From positions 72,985-136,984 of the forward strand of contig LVAX01000092.1 of NCBI GenBank assembly GCA_001604215.1: a DNA stretch of 64,000 nt, in the 5' to 3' direction. The notes under the pieces are model-generated. The model was not told where the DNA came from. It was given only the letters and a program-made list of their open reading frames with translations, and searched no databases. Below are positions 37,951 through 49,014 of the stretch, piece after piece; positions within the stretch are counted from its first letter, which is position 1; every line of letters starts with the position of its first letter. The DNA comes from Clostridiales bacterium Firm_18. Its GTDB lineage: Bacteria > Bacillota > Clostridia > Monoglobales > Firm-18. Made by a program: the position numbers and the translations under genes.

Positions 37951-39003
37951 ATGAACGAAGATTTTTTAATGTTGCTTGAAGAATTTGAAAGGGAAAAGGG
38001 AATTAGCAGGGATGTTCTGATAGAGGCGCTGGAGACTGCTCTTGTATCCGCTTATAAAAGGAACTACGGCTCCGCTAACACGGTAAGGGTTGAAATAAAC
38101 AAGCAAACCGGCAACATGGATGTTTTTATCCAGAAAACGGTTGTCGACAAGGTGGAGGACCCTTCGACGCAGATAGCGGTTAAGGATGCAAAAAAGATAA
38201 ATCCCGTTTATCAATCCGGCGATATTGTCGAGGAAAAGGCAGTGCCGCAAACTTTCGGGAGAATAGCCGCTCAAACCGCCCGCCAGGTGGTAACCCAGCG
38301 TATTCGCGAGGCGGAAAGGGGCATGATATATAATGAGTATGCAAATAAGGAGAACGACATCATAACGGGAATAGTCCAGCGTGTTGATAAAAAGAACGTT
38401 ATGATAGATATCGGAAAAACAGAGATAATTCTTTCTCCGCAGGAGCAGGTTCCGACGGAGCAGTATAAAAGGGGCCAAAGACTTAAGCTTTATGTAGTCG
38501 AGGTCCAAAACACCACCAAGGGACCGAATATCCTTCTTTCGCGTACGCATCCCGGATTGGTAAAAAGGCTTTTTGAGCTTGAGGTGCCGGAAATACAAAA
38601 CGGAACGGTTGAAATAAAAAGTATTGCGCGTGAGGCGGGCTCAAGAACAAAAATTGCGGTGGCCTCAAACGATTCAAACGTAGACCCGATCGGCGCCTGT
38701 GTCGGGCATAAAGGCACGAGGGTTCAAAGAATCGTTGAAGAACTTATGGGTGAAAAACTGGATATTATAAAATATAGCGACAATATCGTCGAATATGTTG
38801 CGGCGGCACTTGCTCCCGCAAAGGTTATAAAAGCAACGGCAAACGAAAAGGAAAAGGCATGCACGGTGGTTGTGCCCGGACACCAGCTTTCGCTGGCAAT
38901 CGGCAAGGAAGGGCAGAATGCCCGTCTTGCCGCAAAGCTGACGGGTTGTAAAATAGATATTCTGAAAAGCGAAGGTGAAGAGGTTTTGCCTGATGAAGCA
39001 TAG
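37951..39003 (+). CDS. nusA: Transcription termination/antitermination factor NusA
   Basis: S1 and KH domain signatures (GDIVEEKA..., [24 protein letters not shown]). Confidence 0.95.
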   Translation: MNEDFLMLLEEFEREKGISRDVLIEALETALVSAYKRNYGSANTVRVEINKQTGNMDVFIQKTVVDKVEDPSTQIAVKDAKKINPVYQSGDIVEEKAVPQTFGRIAAQTARQVVTQRIREAERGMIYNEYANKENDIITGIVQRVDKKNVMIDIGKTEIILSPQEQVPTEQYKRGQRLKLYVVEVQNTTKGPNILLSRTHPGLVKRLFELEVPEIQNGTVEIKSIAREAGSRTKIAVASNDSNVDPIGACVGHKGTRVQRIVEELMGEKLDIIKYSDNIVEYVAAALAPAKVIKATANEKEKACTVVVPGHQLSLAIGKEGQNARLAAKLTGCKIDILKSEGEEVLPDEA

Positions 39004-39274
39004 GGTATATGATAGCAGCGGCAAAAGGATTTGCATCAGAATGTGTGTCTCATGCAGGGAAAACAAGCCGAAAAGCGAGCTTATCCGGATTGTAAAATCG
39101 CCTGACGGAGTTGTTGCGATAGACGAAAAGAGCGCTCTGGCAGGCAGGGGTGCCTATGTATGCAAAAGCAGGGAGTGTATTGAAAAGAGCAGAAAAAACA
39201 GGGGGATTGAGCGAGGGATAAAGGCTCAGGTACCCAAAGAAATATACGAGGTGTTATTAAATTTTGAAGCATGA
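38993..39274 (+). CDS. rnpM: YlxR/RnpM family (DUF448) RNA-binding protein
   Basis: [19 protein letters not shown]...GRGAYVC. The choice of start is uncertain (38975 or 38993). Confidence 0.8.
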   Translation: MKHRVYDSSGKRICIRMCVSCRENKPKSELIRIVKSPDGVVAIDEKSALAGRGAYVCKSRECIEKSRKNRGIERGIKAQVPKEIYEVLLNFEA

Positions 39275-39581
39275 CGGATTCCATAATATGATAGGTCTTG
39301 CCCGGAGGGCCGGAAAAGCGGTGATTGGAAGCGGATGTGCAGAAAATGCCGTGCGCGGAGGGAAGGCCAAGCTTGTCATACTGGCGGAGGATGCCGCGGA
39401 AGGTACCGTAAAGCGCTTGACGGACAAATGCAAAACATACGACGTTTTGCTGATTATTAAAGGAAGCAAGCAGTCAATCGGGCAAATAACGGGCAGGCAG
39501 CAAACCGCGGCAGTTGCGGTTACTGACATCAATTTCGCGAACGAATTAAAGCGTTTGTGTGAGGATACGGGGGTATATTAA
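39264..39581 (+). CDS. ylxQ: L7Ae/L30e-family ribosome-associated protein
   Basis: [13 protein letters not shown]...[14 protein letters not shown] start, or alternatively the ATG at 39288. Confidence 0.75.
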   Translation: MKHDGFHNMIGLARRAGKAVIGSGCAENAVRGGKAKLVILAEDAAEGTVKRLTDKCKTYDVLLIIKGSKQSIGQITGRQQTAAVAVTDINFANELKRLCEDTGVY

Positions 39582-41818
39582 TGATAAAAATTAAAGTACA
39601 TGAGGTTGCCAAGGCACTTGATTTAAAAAGTGCCGATGTGGTAAGTGTGTTGAAAAGCTTTGGGGGCAGGCCGAGGACGTACAACAGTTCGCTTGAATCG
39701 AACGAGCTTGATATAATATTTGATTATTTTACTCAAAAGTATCAAGTTGAGCAGTTTGATTTTATTCTTGAAAAAATGAAGGAGCAGCCAAAGAAAGAGG
39801 AAAAGCAGCCTGAAATTGACGAGTCTATAATTGAAGAGCTTAACACTCCGATAAAAAAACAGGCACGTTATGTGGATACCAGATCATCGAGCGTTGATCT
39901 GGAAAAGTTCGATACCGAAAAAATCGAAGAACTTGTGCCTGATATTATTGATGATGCGGAAACCAAAAAGCAAAAAATAAAGAAGAGCCAGCCAAGGGCA
40001 AAGCAGGAAAAGCATATACCGACTCACGAGCAAAAGCAGAGCCGGGAAAAGAAAGTGAAAAAAGAACCTGTAGTTGTGCAGATACCCGAAGAAATATCGG
40101 TCGGTGATTTGGCGGCGAAATTGGACCAGCCAGCTGCCGAGATTGTCAAACGTCTTATTATGCTCGGCGTGATGGCGTCCGTGTCACAAACGATTGATTT
40201 TGACACCGCTTCGGTAGTTGCGCAGGATTTTAACGTTTTACTTGAAAAAGAGGTAATTGTAACCGAAGAAGAACTGCTTATTAACGATGTTGAAGATACT
40301 CCGGACCAGCTTGAACCCCGTGCACCGGTTGTTGTTGTTATGGGGCATGTTGACCACGGAAAAACCAAACTTGTGGACTATATAAGAAAAACAAACGTAA
40401 TTGCAACGGAGGCCGGCGGTATAACACAGCATATCGGGGCATACAGGGTTAAGGTAAACAACCGTGAAATAACCTTCCTTGACACCCCCGGGCACGAGGC
40501 GTTTACGGCAATGAGGGCACGGGGTGCGCAGGTGACCGATATTGCGATACTTGTTATCGCCGCTGACGACGGAGTCATGCCGCAGACGGTTGAGGCCATC
40601 AACCATGCAAAAGCGGCGGGGGTAGCCATAATAGTTGCAATAAATAAAATCGACAAAGAAGAGGCAAACCCGGAAAATGTCAAGCAGCAGATTACCGAAT
40701 ACGGTCTGGTGCCCGAAGAGTGGGGCGGCGATACAATTTGCGTGCCCATATCCGCTCTGCAGGGTAAAAACATAGATACACTTCTGGAGATGGTTTTGCT
40801 TGTTGCGGATATGAAGGAGCTTAAAGCAAATCCGAACCGTCCGGCAAAGGGCGCGGTTATAGAATCGCGGCTTGATAAAAACAGAGGGCCGGTTGCAACG
40901 TTGTTGGTGCAGAACGGAACGCTCAATGTCGGCGACGTTTTGTTTGCGGGCACATCTGTGGGGAAAGTGCGTGCCATGATAGATGATAAGGGAAAGCGAA
41001 TAAAGAAAGCGGGGCCGAGCGTGCCGGTGGAAGTAATCGGCATAAGCGAGGCGCCGGAAGCCGGCGAGCTGTTTTATGTTGTCGGCGATGAGAAAAAGGC
41101 CCGCGCAGTGGTTGAAAGCAGAAAAGAAAGGGAAAAGGAAAAACAAAGCCAATCGATACAAAATATTGTAACTCTCGAATCGCTGTTTGAGCAGATAAAG
41201 CAAGGCCAGATTAAATCTTTGAATATTATTGTCAAAGCGGATGTTCAAGGGTCCGTTGAAGCAGTTTGCCAGTCCCTTGAAAAGCTGTCCAACGATGAGG
41301 TGCGGGTAAACATTATCCATAGCGGAGTCGGAGGAATAACCGAATCGGATATTATGCTTGCTTCCGCTTCAAATGCAATTATTATCGGATTTAACGTACG
41401 GCCGGATGCGGCAATAACCGAATCGGCAAAAATGAAAAAAGTGGAAATAAGGACATACAGGATAATTTATCAGGCAATTGAAGAAATCGAAGCGGCAATG
41501 AAGGGAATGTTAGAGCCGACTTACAGGGAAAATGTTACCGGTCACGCGGAGGTTCGCCAGACTTTCAAGGTTTCGGGAGTCGGGACAATTGCGGGATGTT
41601 ATGTGTCGGACGGCAAAATAGCCCGCAACAATGAGATTCGGATAATGCGCGACAGTGTTGTTATACACGAAGGCAGGTTAAGCTCGCTTAAAAGATTCAA
41701 AGATGATGCAAAAGAAGTTGCGGCCGGCTTTGAGTGCGGCATAGTTATAGAGAAATTCAATGACATTAAGGAGGGTGATGTAATAGAAAGCTTTGTAATG
41801 GAAGAGGTTCCGAGATAA
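39581..41818 (+). CDS. infB: Translation initiation factor IF-2
   Basis: [18 protein letters not shown] and NKID GTPase motifs. Confidence 0.95.
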   Translation: MIKIKVHEVAKALDLKSADVVSVLKSFGGRPRTYNSSLESNELDIIFDYFTQKYQVEQFDFILEKMKEQPKKEEKQPEIDESIIEELNTPIKKQARYVDTRSSSVDLEKFDTEKIEELVPDIIDDAETKKQKIKKSQPRAKQEKHIPTHEQKQSREKKVKKEPVVVQIPEEISVGDLAAKLDQPAAEIVKRLIMLGVMASVSQTIDFDTASVVAQDFNVLLEKEVIVTEEELLINDVEDTPDQLEPRAPVVVVMGHVDHGKTKLVDYIRKTNVIATEAGGITQHIGAYRVKVNNREITFLDTPGHEAFTAMRARGAQVTDIAILVIAADDGVMPQTVEAINHAKAAGVAIIVAINKIDKEEANPENVKQQITEYGLVPEEWGGDTICVPISALQGKNIDTLLEMVLLVADMKELKANPNRPAKGAVIESRLDKNRGPVATLLVQNGTLNVGDVLFAGTSVGKVRAMIDDKGKRIKKAGPSVPVEVIGISEAPEAGELFYVVGDEKKARAVVESRKEREKEKQSQSIQNIVTLESLFEQIKQGQIKSLNIIVKADVQGSVEAVCQSLEKLSNDEVRVNIIHSGVGGITESDIMLASASNAIIIGFNVRPDAAITESAKMKKVEIRTYRIIYQAIEEIEAAMKGMLEPTYRENVTGHAEVRQTFKVSGVGTIAGCYVSDGKIARNNEIRIMRDSVVIHEGRLSSLKRFKDDAKEVAAGFECGIVIEKFNDIKEGDVIESFVMEEVPR

Positions 41819-41838
41819 AGCAGGAAAGGAAGATACAA

Positions 41839-42198
41839 ATGGGCGTAAACAGGATAAACCGAATTAACGAGGAGGTAAAAAAAGAAATAAGCGCTGTAAT
41901 AAGAGAGCTTAAAGACCCTCGAATTGCCGACATGACAAGCGTGGTCAAGGTCGACGTAACAAAGGATATGAAATGGTGTAAAATATATGTCAGTGTTTTA
42001 GGCAGCGATGAAGAACAAAATTCCACCTTAATGGGACTGAAAAGTGCCGCCGGATTTGTGCGTAAAGAAATCGGAAGCAGGCTTGGGCTTCGTTACACTC
42101 CGGAAGTTGTTTTTATTCTGGACCACTCGATTGAGCACGGCGCTCATATTAATGAAATCTTAGGCAAAATCAAAAAAAATGGAGATAACAATGCTTAA
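41839..42198 (+). CDS. rbfA: Ribosome-binding factor A
   Basis: RINEEVKKEISAVI...DPRI...TSVKVDVTKDMKWCKIYVS. Confidence 0.9.
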   Translation: MGVNRINRINEEVKKEISAVIRELKDPRIADMTSVVKVDVTKDMKWCKIYVSVLGSDEEQNSTLMGLKSAAGFVRKEIGSRLGLRYTPEVVFILDHSIEHGAHINEILGKIKKNGDNNA

Positions 42199-43129
42199 AA
42201 AAATTGCCGATGTAATAAAAAAAGCAAAAAACGTAATAATACTTCCGCATAAAAGCGCAGACGGAGACTGTTTGGGGTCGGCGTTTGCGCTGCGGCTTAT
42301 ATTGGAGCAAACAGGCAAAAATGCCTCGGTAATTTTAGAAGAGGAAAATCCGAAGCTGTGCGGCATTTTATTCGGGACGCAGCCACAGGCGTTAAACGGA
42401 TTCGATATGGCAATAGCGGTTGACTGCGGGGATATTGAGCGTTTGGGAAACCGCCGGGAGATATTTAACAGTTGCCCGGTAACGGTAAACATTGACCATC
42501 ATGGCACAAATGACGGCTTTGCCCGTTATAATTACGTTGACAGTAATTCTGCCGCAACGGGGCAGATAATATATGAGCTTATGGAATTTCTGGGAGCAGT
42601 CCTTACCCTTGAAATCGCAAACAACTTATATGTTGCCATTTCAAGCGATACGGGCTGCTTTGCATACAGCAACACAACCGCCAAAACCCACAATATAGCG
42701 GCAAAACTGCTTGAGACGGGCATTAACCATTCGGAAATAAACGAAGAATTGTTCGGAAAAAATTCAATGGCAAAAATTATGCTCATGCGGGATGCGCTGA
42801 ATTCCTTTGAAACATATGACGACGGCAAAATTGCGGTTGTAAGTATTACACGCGAGCAGATAAAAACGTCCGGGGCAGCGGAGGAGGATACGGGCGGCCT
42901 CATTAACCTTCCCCGAAGCCTTGAAACGGCTATGGTTGCCATATGCCTTAAAGAGTCATTGGAAGATGATTTTGTTAAAGTGGGGTTTCGCTCCAATTCG
43001 GTTGATGTATCCGAAATAGCAAAAAGCCTTGGCGGCGGAGGGCATGTCAGGGCAAGCGGGTGCAATATCAAGGGCAGTATTGAATCTGTAAAAAAAGCCG
43101 TCCTAAAAGCGACGAGAAAAGTCTTATGA
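42191..43129 (+). CDS. nrnA: DHH-family phosphoesterase (NrnA-type oligoribonuclease/pAp phosphatase)
   Basis: HKSADGDCLGS, NIDHH and GGGGH motifs. Confidence 0.8.
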   Translation: MLKKIADVIKKAKNVIILPHKSADGDCLGSAFALRLILEQTGKNASVILEEENPKLCGILFGTQPQALNGFDMAIAVDCGDIERLGNRREIFNSCPVTVNIDHHGTNDGFARYNYVDSNSAATGQIIYELMEFLGAVLTLEIANNLYVAISSDTGCFAYSNTTAKTHNIAAKLLETGINHSEINEELFGKNSMAKIMLMRDALNSFETYDDGKIAVVSITREQIKTSGAAEEDTGGLINLPRSLETAMVAICLKESLEDDFVKVGFRSNSVDVSEIAKSLGGGGHVRASGCNIKGSIESVKKAVLKATRKVL

Positions 43130-43977
43130 ACGGGATAATAAATATATACAAGGATGCGGGGATGACTTCCCACGATGTTGTAAACAAAATAAGGCGTATT
43201 GCAGGGATAAAGAAAGTAGGGCATACCGGAACCCTCGATCCGGATGCGAAAGGGGTATTGCCGGTCTGTATAGGCAAGGCGACAAGGGTTTGTGATATGC
43301 TCACTTCTTCGGATAAGCGATACACCGCCCTTTTAAGGCTGGGCATAACAACCGACACACAGGATATCGGGGGGAAGGTACTGGTCAGCCGCACCGTAGA
43401 TGTGACGGACGAGCGTATAAGTGAAGTAATCGGCGCTTTTAAGGGTGATATATTCCAAATACCGCCGATGTATTCGGCAATAAAAGTCAAGGGCAAAAAG
43501 CTGTACGAATATGCACGCGAAGGCGTTGAAATCAAAAGGCCGCCCCGAAAAGTAACCATATATGAAATCAATATGCTTGCGAGGGAAGGAAACGATATCA
43601 GGCTTGATATAAAATGCTCCAAAGGCACATATATAAGGACGCTGTGCCACGACATCGGGGAGCGGCTCGGTTGCGGAGGCTGTATGGCGGACCTTATACG
43701 CACCCAAACCTCCGTTTTTACCCTTGAAAATGCGCAAAGGCTTGAAACAATCGAAAAATTCGGGATAGAAAAATATTTAATACCGGTTGACGAATTGTTT
43801 GATTATGAAAAAGTAACGGTTTCGGGCGATAAAGAAAAAATGATATTAAACGGCGCAAGTGTATATGTGGGCGCGGACGAAGGCAAATACTATCGGGTAT
43901 ATGGAAGTGACGGTAGATTTTTATGTATATCAAAAGGATTGCAAGGGAAACTGAAATTAGTGAAAAGTTTTTATTAG
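43126..43977 (+). CDS. truB: tRNA pseudouridine(55) synthase
   Basis: GHTGTLDPDAKGVLPVCIG...YIRTL. Confidence 0.95.
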   Translation: MNGIINIYKDAGMTSHDVVNKIRRIAGIKKVGHTGTLDPDAKGVLPVCIGKATRVCDMLTSSDKRYTALLRLGITTDTQDIGGKVLVSRTVDVTDERISEVIGAFKGDIFQIPPMYSAIKVKGKKLYEYAREGVEIKRPPRKVTIYEINMLAREGNDIRLDIKCSKGTYIRTLCHDIGERLGCGGCMADLIRTQTSVFTLENAQRLETIEKFGIEKYLIPVDELFDYEKVTVSGDKEKMILNGASVYVGADEGKYYRVYGSDGRFLCISKGLQGKLKLVKSFY

Positions 43978-44831
43978 AAAAAGGCTGCTCTGTTGCGCTC
44001 GGTAACTTTGACGGTTTTCATAAAGGGCATATTTCACTTGTGAGGAAGGCTGTTTCATATGCAAGGAGCAACAATTCAAAGGCATGTGTGTTTACCTTCA
44101 CCTCCAATATAAGCGGATCCCAATATATAACGTCAAACGAGCAAAGAGGGCGCATACTGAAAGAAGAGGGCATTGACTCATTTATAATGTGCAATTTCTC
44201 CGCAGAGTTCAAACGCCTTGAGCCGGAGGAGTTTTTTGACAAATACATAAAGAAAATTCGCCCCGGGCTGGTTGTTGCAGGATTTAATTACCGGTTCGGG
44301 CATAATGCCGCGGGGGATGCCACGCTCCTTGAAAAGCTGTGTGATGCAAGCGGGATTGAATTTGCGGTTTTGCCCCCTGTTATTTATAAAGGAAAACCAA
44401 TAAGCAGCACAAGAATACGAAGTTGTATTGAAGCGGGAGAATTAAATGATGCGAAAAACATGCTCGGCAGGGAATTCTCCGTTAGGAGAAAGGTTGTGGC
44501 AGGGGACGGCATCGGCAAAATACTCGGCTTTCCCACAGCAAATTTAACGGTTGATAAACAGCAGGTTATGCCACCTGTCGGCGTTTATGCATCTAAAACA
44601 TATATCGACTCTATGCAGATGCCTTCAATTACTAATTTCGGCGGCAAACCTACTATCAAAGACGGGGCTGAGCTGATTGAAACCCACATTATAGGTTTTG
44701 AAGGCAACTTATACGGCAAAACGATTGAAGTTGCATTTTTGGAAAAAATGCGTGATATAAAGCTGTTTGCTTCAAAGGAAGAACTTAGCAGGCAGCTTGT
44801 TTCCGATATAAATCTGCGCAAAAAGCTATGA
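43923..44831 (+). CDS. ribF: Bifunctional riboflavin kinase/FAD synthetase
   Basis: ALGNFDGFHKGH...GFPTANL...ETHI. Confidence 0.9.
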   Translation: MYIKRIARETEISEKFLLEKGCSVALGNFDGFHKGHISLVRKAVSYARSNNSKACVFTFTSNISGSQYITSNEQRGRILKEEGIDSFIMCNFSAEFKRLEPEEFFDKYIKKIRPGLVVAGFNYRFGHNAAGDATLLEKLCDASGIEFAVLPPVIYKGKPISSTRIRSCIEAGELNDAKNMLGREFSVRRKVVAGDGIGKILGFPTANLTVDKQQVMPPVGVYASKTYIDSMQMPSITNFGGKPTIKDGAELIETHIIGFEGNLYGKTIEVAFLEKMRDIKLFASKEELSRQLVSDINLRKKL

Positions 44832-44848
44832 AAGGCAGGGTGTAAGGT

Positions 44849-45862
44849 ATGATTGTAGTTTTAAAAAAAGGCGCTACAAAAAAACAAATTGAAGATGTTG
44901 AAAAAAGGCTTATTGAACTGGGCTTTAAAACACATCCGATTTATGGGGATGTCAAAACGGTAATAGGTGCAATAGGCGATAAAAGAAATATAAATAAGAA
45001 TAAAATACTTTTAATGGACGGCGTTGAGGAGATTATTCCGATAATGCTGCCGTATAAGCTTGCCGGGAAGGAGCTTTATAAAGAGGCGTCGGTTATTGAT
45101 GTGGACGGTGTTAAGATAGGAGGAGAGCAGCTTGTTGTAATGGCGGGCCCATGCGCGATTGAAGGGGAAAAAGAATTTATAAGCGTGGCAAAAAAGGTTA
45201 AACAGTCAGGGGCAAGCATCCTGCGAGGCGGAGCTTACAAGCCCCGTTCGTCGCCGTATTCGTTTCAAGGGCTTGAGCTTGAAGGCCTGAAAATTATGGC
45301 GGCGGCAAAGAAGGAAACGGGGTTAAAGCTTGTAACGGAGGTAGTAGATACGCGCGATGTGGAAACGGTGGATAAATACGTTGATATGCTTCAAATCGGA
45401 GCGCGGAACATGCAAAACTTCCGGCTGCTTAAAGAGGTGGGTAGCGGCAGCAAACCCGTGCTGCTAAAACGCGGGCTTGCCGCAACAATAACCGAATGGC
45501 TTATGGCAGCGGAGTATATAATAAATGAGGGGAACGAAAAGGTAATATTGTGTGAGCGGGGAATAAGGACATATGAAACGGCAACCCGCAACACAATGGA
45601 CATTAGTGCAATACCTGTTGTCAAAAACACTTCCCATCTTCCGATTATAGCGGATCCGAGCCATGCCACAGGTCACGCAAAATATGTTCCTCAAATGGCA
45701 AACGCGGCCATAGCCGCAGGGGCGGACGGGCTGATAATTGAGGTGCATGAGGACCCGCCAAATGCCATGAGTGACGGTGAACAGTCCCTTAGGCCGAATG
45801 AATTCGGTGACCTTATGAAACAGCTGTCTAAGATAGCTAAGGCGGTTGGGAGGTTTTTATGA
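44849..45862 (+). CDS. aroF: 3-deoxy-7-phosphoheptulonate (DAHP) synthase, type I-beta with N-terminal regulatory domain
   Basis: GPCAIE...KPRSSPYSFQGL...GARNMQN...DPSH. Confidence 0.85.
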   Translation: MIVVLKKGATKKQIEDVEKRLIELGFKTHPIYGDVKTVIGAIGDKRNINKNKILLMDGVEEIIPIMLPYKLAGKELYKEASVIDVDGVKIGGEQLVVMAGPCAIEGEKEFISVAKKVKQSGASILRGGAYKPRSSPYSFQGLELEGLKIMAAAKKETGLKLVTEVVDTRDVETVDKYVDMLQIGARNMQNFRLLKEVGSGSKPVLLKRGLAATITEWLMAAEYIINEGNEKVILCERGIRTYETATRNTMDISAIPVVKNTSHLPIIADPSHATGHAKYVPQMANAAIAAGADGLIIEVHEDPPNAMSDGEQSLRPNEFGDLMKQLSKIAKAVGRFL

Positions 45863-46668
45863 AAATAGGATATTTGGGCCCCGAGGGTACCTTTTCACAG
45901 CTTGCCGCAAAGAAATATGCTTCCGGCGCCGACGTCCTGGTGCAGTACCCGTCGATAGCCGAGCTTGCCATAGCGGCAAATAATAACCATGTTGATGCCG
46001 CGGTTTTGCCGATAGAAAACTCATTGGAGGGCGGGGTCAATACCACCCTGGATTTTCTTGCTTTTGACTGCGATTTAATAATTTGCGCCGAAATATTGCT
46101 TAAAATCAGTCAAAGTATTTTATCCAATTCCGAAACCGTTACCAAGATTTACTCCCATCCCCAGCCGATCGGCCAATGCGGGCGTTACATATCACAGAAT
46201 TACGGCAGCGTATCAATTGTGTTTACCGCAAGCACGGCACAGGCGGCACAACTTGCGGCAAAGGAGGAGGGTGCGGCCGCAATCGGCAGCGATGCGCTTG
46301 CGGATATTTACGGTCTGAAGGTTGTTGCAAGAGGGATTGAAGATGTCCGCACAAATACCACCCGGTTTGTGGTTGTCCGGAAAAACGCTGCGCCTGCTCG
46401 GGGCGCGGACAAAACATCGATTGTATTCAGCGTATCGGACAAACCGGGGGCGCTTTATAAAATGCTGTCCATTTTTGATATTTTCGAAATTAATATGGTT
46501 AAAATCGAATCCCGACCGGCAAAAACCGCACTGGGGGCATATGTATTTTTTGTCGACATAAACGGCTCGGTTGAAGATGAACGTGTCTGTAAGGCGCTTG
46601 AGCTGATAAAATACAAATCAACATTTTTTAAGAATTTAGGAAGTTACAAGGAGGATAAAAATGGCTGA
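45859..46668 (+). CDS. pheA: Prephenate dehydratase
   Basis: NTTRFVVV and ESRP(A) ACT-domain motifs. Confidence 0.9.
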   Translation: MKIGYLGPEGTFSQLAAKKYASGADVLVQYPSIAELAIAANNNHVDAAVLPIENSLEGGVNTTLDFLAFDCDLIICAEILLKISQSILSNSETVTKIYSHPQPIGQCGRYISQNYGSVSIVFTASTAQAAQLAAKEEGAAAIGSDALADIYGLKVVARGIEDVRTNTTRFVVVRKNAAPARGADKTSIVFSVSDKPGALYKMLSIFDIFEINMVKIESRPAKTALGAYVFFVDINGSVEDERVCKALELIKYKSTFFKNLGSYKEDKNG

Positions 46669-47626
46669 ACTAAGATGGAATCCGCTTATTAAAGATTGGG
46701 TGATGATAGCTTCACACCGACAGGGCAGGCCTCAAATGCCGAAGGACTGGTGCCCTTTTTGCCCGGGCAGCGGTAAAGTGCCCGACAGCTTTGACGTTTT
46801 GAAGTATGATAATGATTTCCCGGCTTTATCGCAAAACCCGCCCGTTCCGGACGATGTTGCAAACGATTTTTTTAAAACCGCCGAATCATACGGCAAGTGT
46901 GAGGTAATATTGTATTCTTCGGATCATACGGTTACCCTGCCTCAGCTTCCGGCTTTCCATATACGAAAAATAGTCGATCTTTGGACACAGCGCTTTGTTG
47001 AGCTTTCAAAAGATGAAAAGATAAAATACATCTTTATATTTGAAAACAGGGGTGAGGTTGTCGGTGTGACAATGCCTCATCCTCACGGTCAGATTTATGG
47101 ATATTCGTTTATACCGAAAAGGATTGAAACAGAGCTGCTTTCTTGCGGCGAGCACTATAAGAAAACTGGAAAATGCCTTATTTGTGATTTGACAAAAGAA
47201 GAGACAGCCGAGAAAAAAAGAATTATAACTGAGAATGAGCATTTTATAGTATACCTGCCCTTTTTTAACGAGTACCCGTACGGCACATATGTTGTAAGCA
47301 AGAGCCATAAGCAAAACATTGCCGAGCTGAGCGACGGTGAAAAAGATTCGCTTGCTCAGATACTGCGTGATATTACCGGGGCGTATGATTGCCTTTTTGA
47401 CAAGCAGTTCCCTTATATGATGTGCATGTATCAAAATCCGGTAAACAGCGAAGATGTAAAAGAATTTTACCATTTCAGGATAGTGTTTTACCCGCCGCTG
47501 CGTGCCGCAAACAATCAAAAATTCAACGCTTCAAGCGAAACGGGAGCCTGGGCGCATTGCAACCCCACCGCACCCGAGGAAAAGGCCGAAGAACTAAGGC
47601 AGGCATTGAAAAAATTCAAGTCATGA
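46661..47626 (+). CDS. galT: Galactose-1-phosphate uridylyltransferase
   Basis: CPFCPG zinc motif and HPHGQIY active site. Confidence 0.85.
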   Translation: MAELRWNPLIKDWVMIASHRQGRPQMPKDWCPFCPGSGKVPDSFDVLKYDNDFPALSQNPPVPDDVANDFFKTAESYGKCEVILYSSDHTVTLPQLPAFHIRKIVDLWTQRFVELSKDEKIKYIFIFENRGEVVGVTMPHPHGQIYGYSFIPKRIETELLSCGEHYKKTGKCLICDLTKEETAEKKRIITENEHFIVYLPFFNEYPYGTYVVSKSHKQNIAELSDGEKDSLAQILRDITGAYDCLFDKQFPYMMCMYQNPVNSEDVKEFYHFRIVFYPPLRAANNQKFNASSETGAWAHCNPTAPEEKAEELRQALKKFKS

Positions 47627-47650
47627 GGAAATACCCCATTTTTTAAAATT

Positions 47651-47772
47651 TATTGGAAATTGCGCAAAATTCGCGCAATTTCAACGCTTCGGCGGAGTGA
47701 ATCCGCCTACGCTTTCCCTCGCGGGGCGCAATGTTGCGTTCCGGAAAGCGCTACGCGCCGGAACGCTTTATT
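47651..47772 (+). repeat. Structured intergenic repeat, copy 4 of 4
   Basis: TATTGGAAATTGCGCAAAATTCGCGCAATTTC...GCGTTCCGGAAAGCGCTACGCGCCGGAACGCTTTATT. Confidence 0.9.
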
Positions 47773-47807
47773 AAAAATACTGTTTTCTTGTAAGGAGGCT
47801 ATTGCAA

Positions 47808-48329
47808 ATGAGTTTTTTAGAGCTTGCTAAAAAGAGGTACTCTGCAAGGAGTTACCTTGAAAAACCGGTGGAGCGGGAAAAGCTTGATATAATTTTAGAG
47901 GCGGGCCGTGTAGCCCCGACAGCCTGCAATAACCAACCGCAGCGGATACTGGTTGTTAATTCTAAAGAAGGCCTTGAGAAAATTAGTAAAAGCTATAAAA
48001 GCTTTGGCGCGCCCCTTGCGCTGGTAGTATGCGTTGACCATAACAATACATGGAAAAGGGCGTATGACGGCAAGAACTCCGCGGATATAGATGCGTCCAT
48101 TGTTTGCGACCACATGATGCTTTGTGCCGCGGATATAGGTTTGGACAGCGTATGGGTATGCGCTTTTAATCCGGAGGTACTGAGAAAAGAGTTTAATATA
48201 CCGGACCATATCGAACCGGTTAATATTTTGTTTGTCGGTTATGCCAAAGGAGAGCCTAAATCACCGAAGCGGCACGACAGTATGAGAAAGCCGGTCGGCA
48301 GCAGCGTTTTTTACGAAAAATTTGAATAG
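47808..48329 (+). CDS. Nitroreductase family protein
   Basis: RYSARSY...APTACNNQP signature. Confidence 0.8.
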   Translation: MSFLELAKKRYSARSYLEKPVEREKLDIILEAGRVAPTACNNQPQRILVVNSKEGLEKISKSYKSFGAPLALVVCVDHNNTWKRAYDGKNSADIDASIVCDHMMLCAADIGLDSVWVCAFNPEVLRKEFNIPDHIEPVNILFVGYAKGEPKSPKRHDSMRKPVGSSVFYEKFE

Positions 48330-48372
48330 GCATAAGAGAGCCGAACTCTCTTGTGCCTAAGGCGGGGGAAAA

Positions 48373-48930
48373 ATGACGGTTTATATCGGACAGGGTATTG
48401 GCATTATCGGGCTGTTGTTTGCAGTAATTTCATTTCAGAAAAACTCCAGTAAAGGCATACTGTTGTTTCAGATATTGGCAAGTACGGCATTTATATTGCA
48501 TTTTCTGCTGATTGGCGCTTATACAGGTTCTGCTTTGAATTTTATCGGGGTTGTAAGGAACCTTTTGTTTTATTATATAGGCAGCAGACGGAGGAACAAA
48601 TCGGAAAACCATGCGAATAAAAAGCTTTGGCTTTACCTGTTTATTGTAATATATATTATTGCGGGAAGTTTAACATATAAGAATTTTTATAGTATTTTCC
48701 CGATTGTCGGAACAATATTTTCAACTGTTTCCCTTTGGATAAAAAATCCGAAATATATAAGGCTTGTTATGCTGCCGAGTTCACCTTGCTGGATGATTTA
48801 TAATTTTGTCAATATGTCGATTGCGGGAGTTATGACCGAGCTTTTTGTTATGTCATCGTTGATTGTTGCGATGCTTAGATTTGACCTTTTTCAAGCCCCG
48901 AAAGGCAAGTCTTCATGCGGGATACAGTAA
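48373..48930 (+). CDS. YgjV-family inner membrane protein
   Basis: 185 aa with about 5 TM segments. General resemblance to YgjV-type proteins only. Confidence 0.45.
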   Translation: MTVYIGQGIGIIGLLFAVISFQKNSSKGILLFQILASTAFILHFLLIGAYTGSALNFIGVVRNLLFYYIGSRRRNKSENHANKKLWLYLFIVIYIIAGSLTYKNFYSIFPIVGTIFSTVSLWIKNPKYIRLVMLPSSPCWMIYNFVNMSIAGVMTELFVMSSLIVAMLRFDLFQAPKGKSSCGIQ

Positions 48931-49014
48931 ATTTATCAGAAATATTAGGTCTATGCGGAACTTTTTTATGCTTTCATACGTCTTATGTATAAAATAAGGT
49001 TGAGGAGGAACATT

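Noticed and set aside
40238-41320. 360-aa ORF on the minus strand opposite infB. Similar long antisense ORFs occur at 37966-38598, 42532-43224, 43068-43703, 33165-33761, 18253-18813 and 40378-41043.
   Set aside because: They lie entirely antisense to genes with unmistakable conserved motifs (IF-2, NusA, NrnA, TruB, PolC, MATE). They have low-complexity or odd composition and no SD. They are shadow ORFs.
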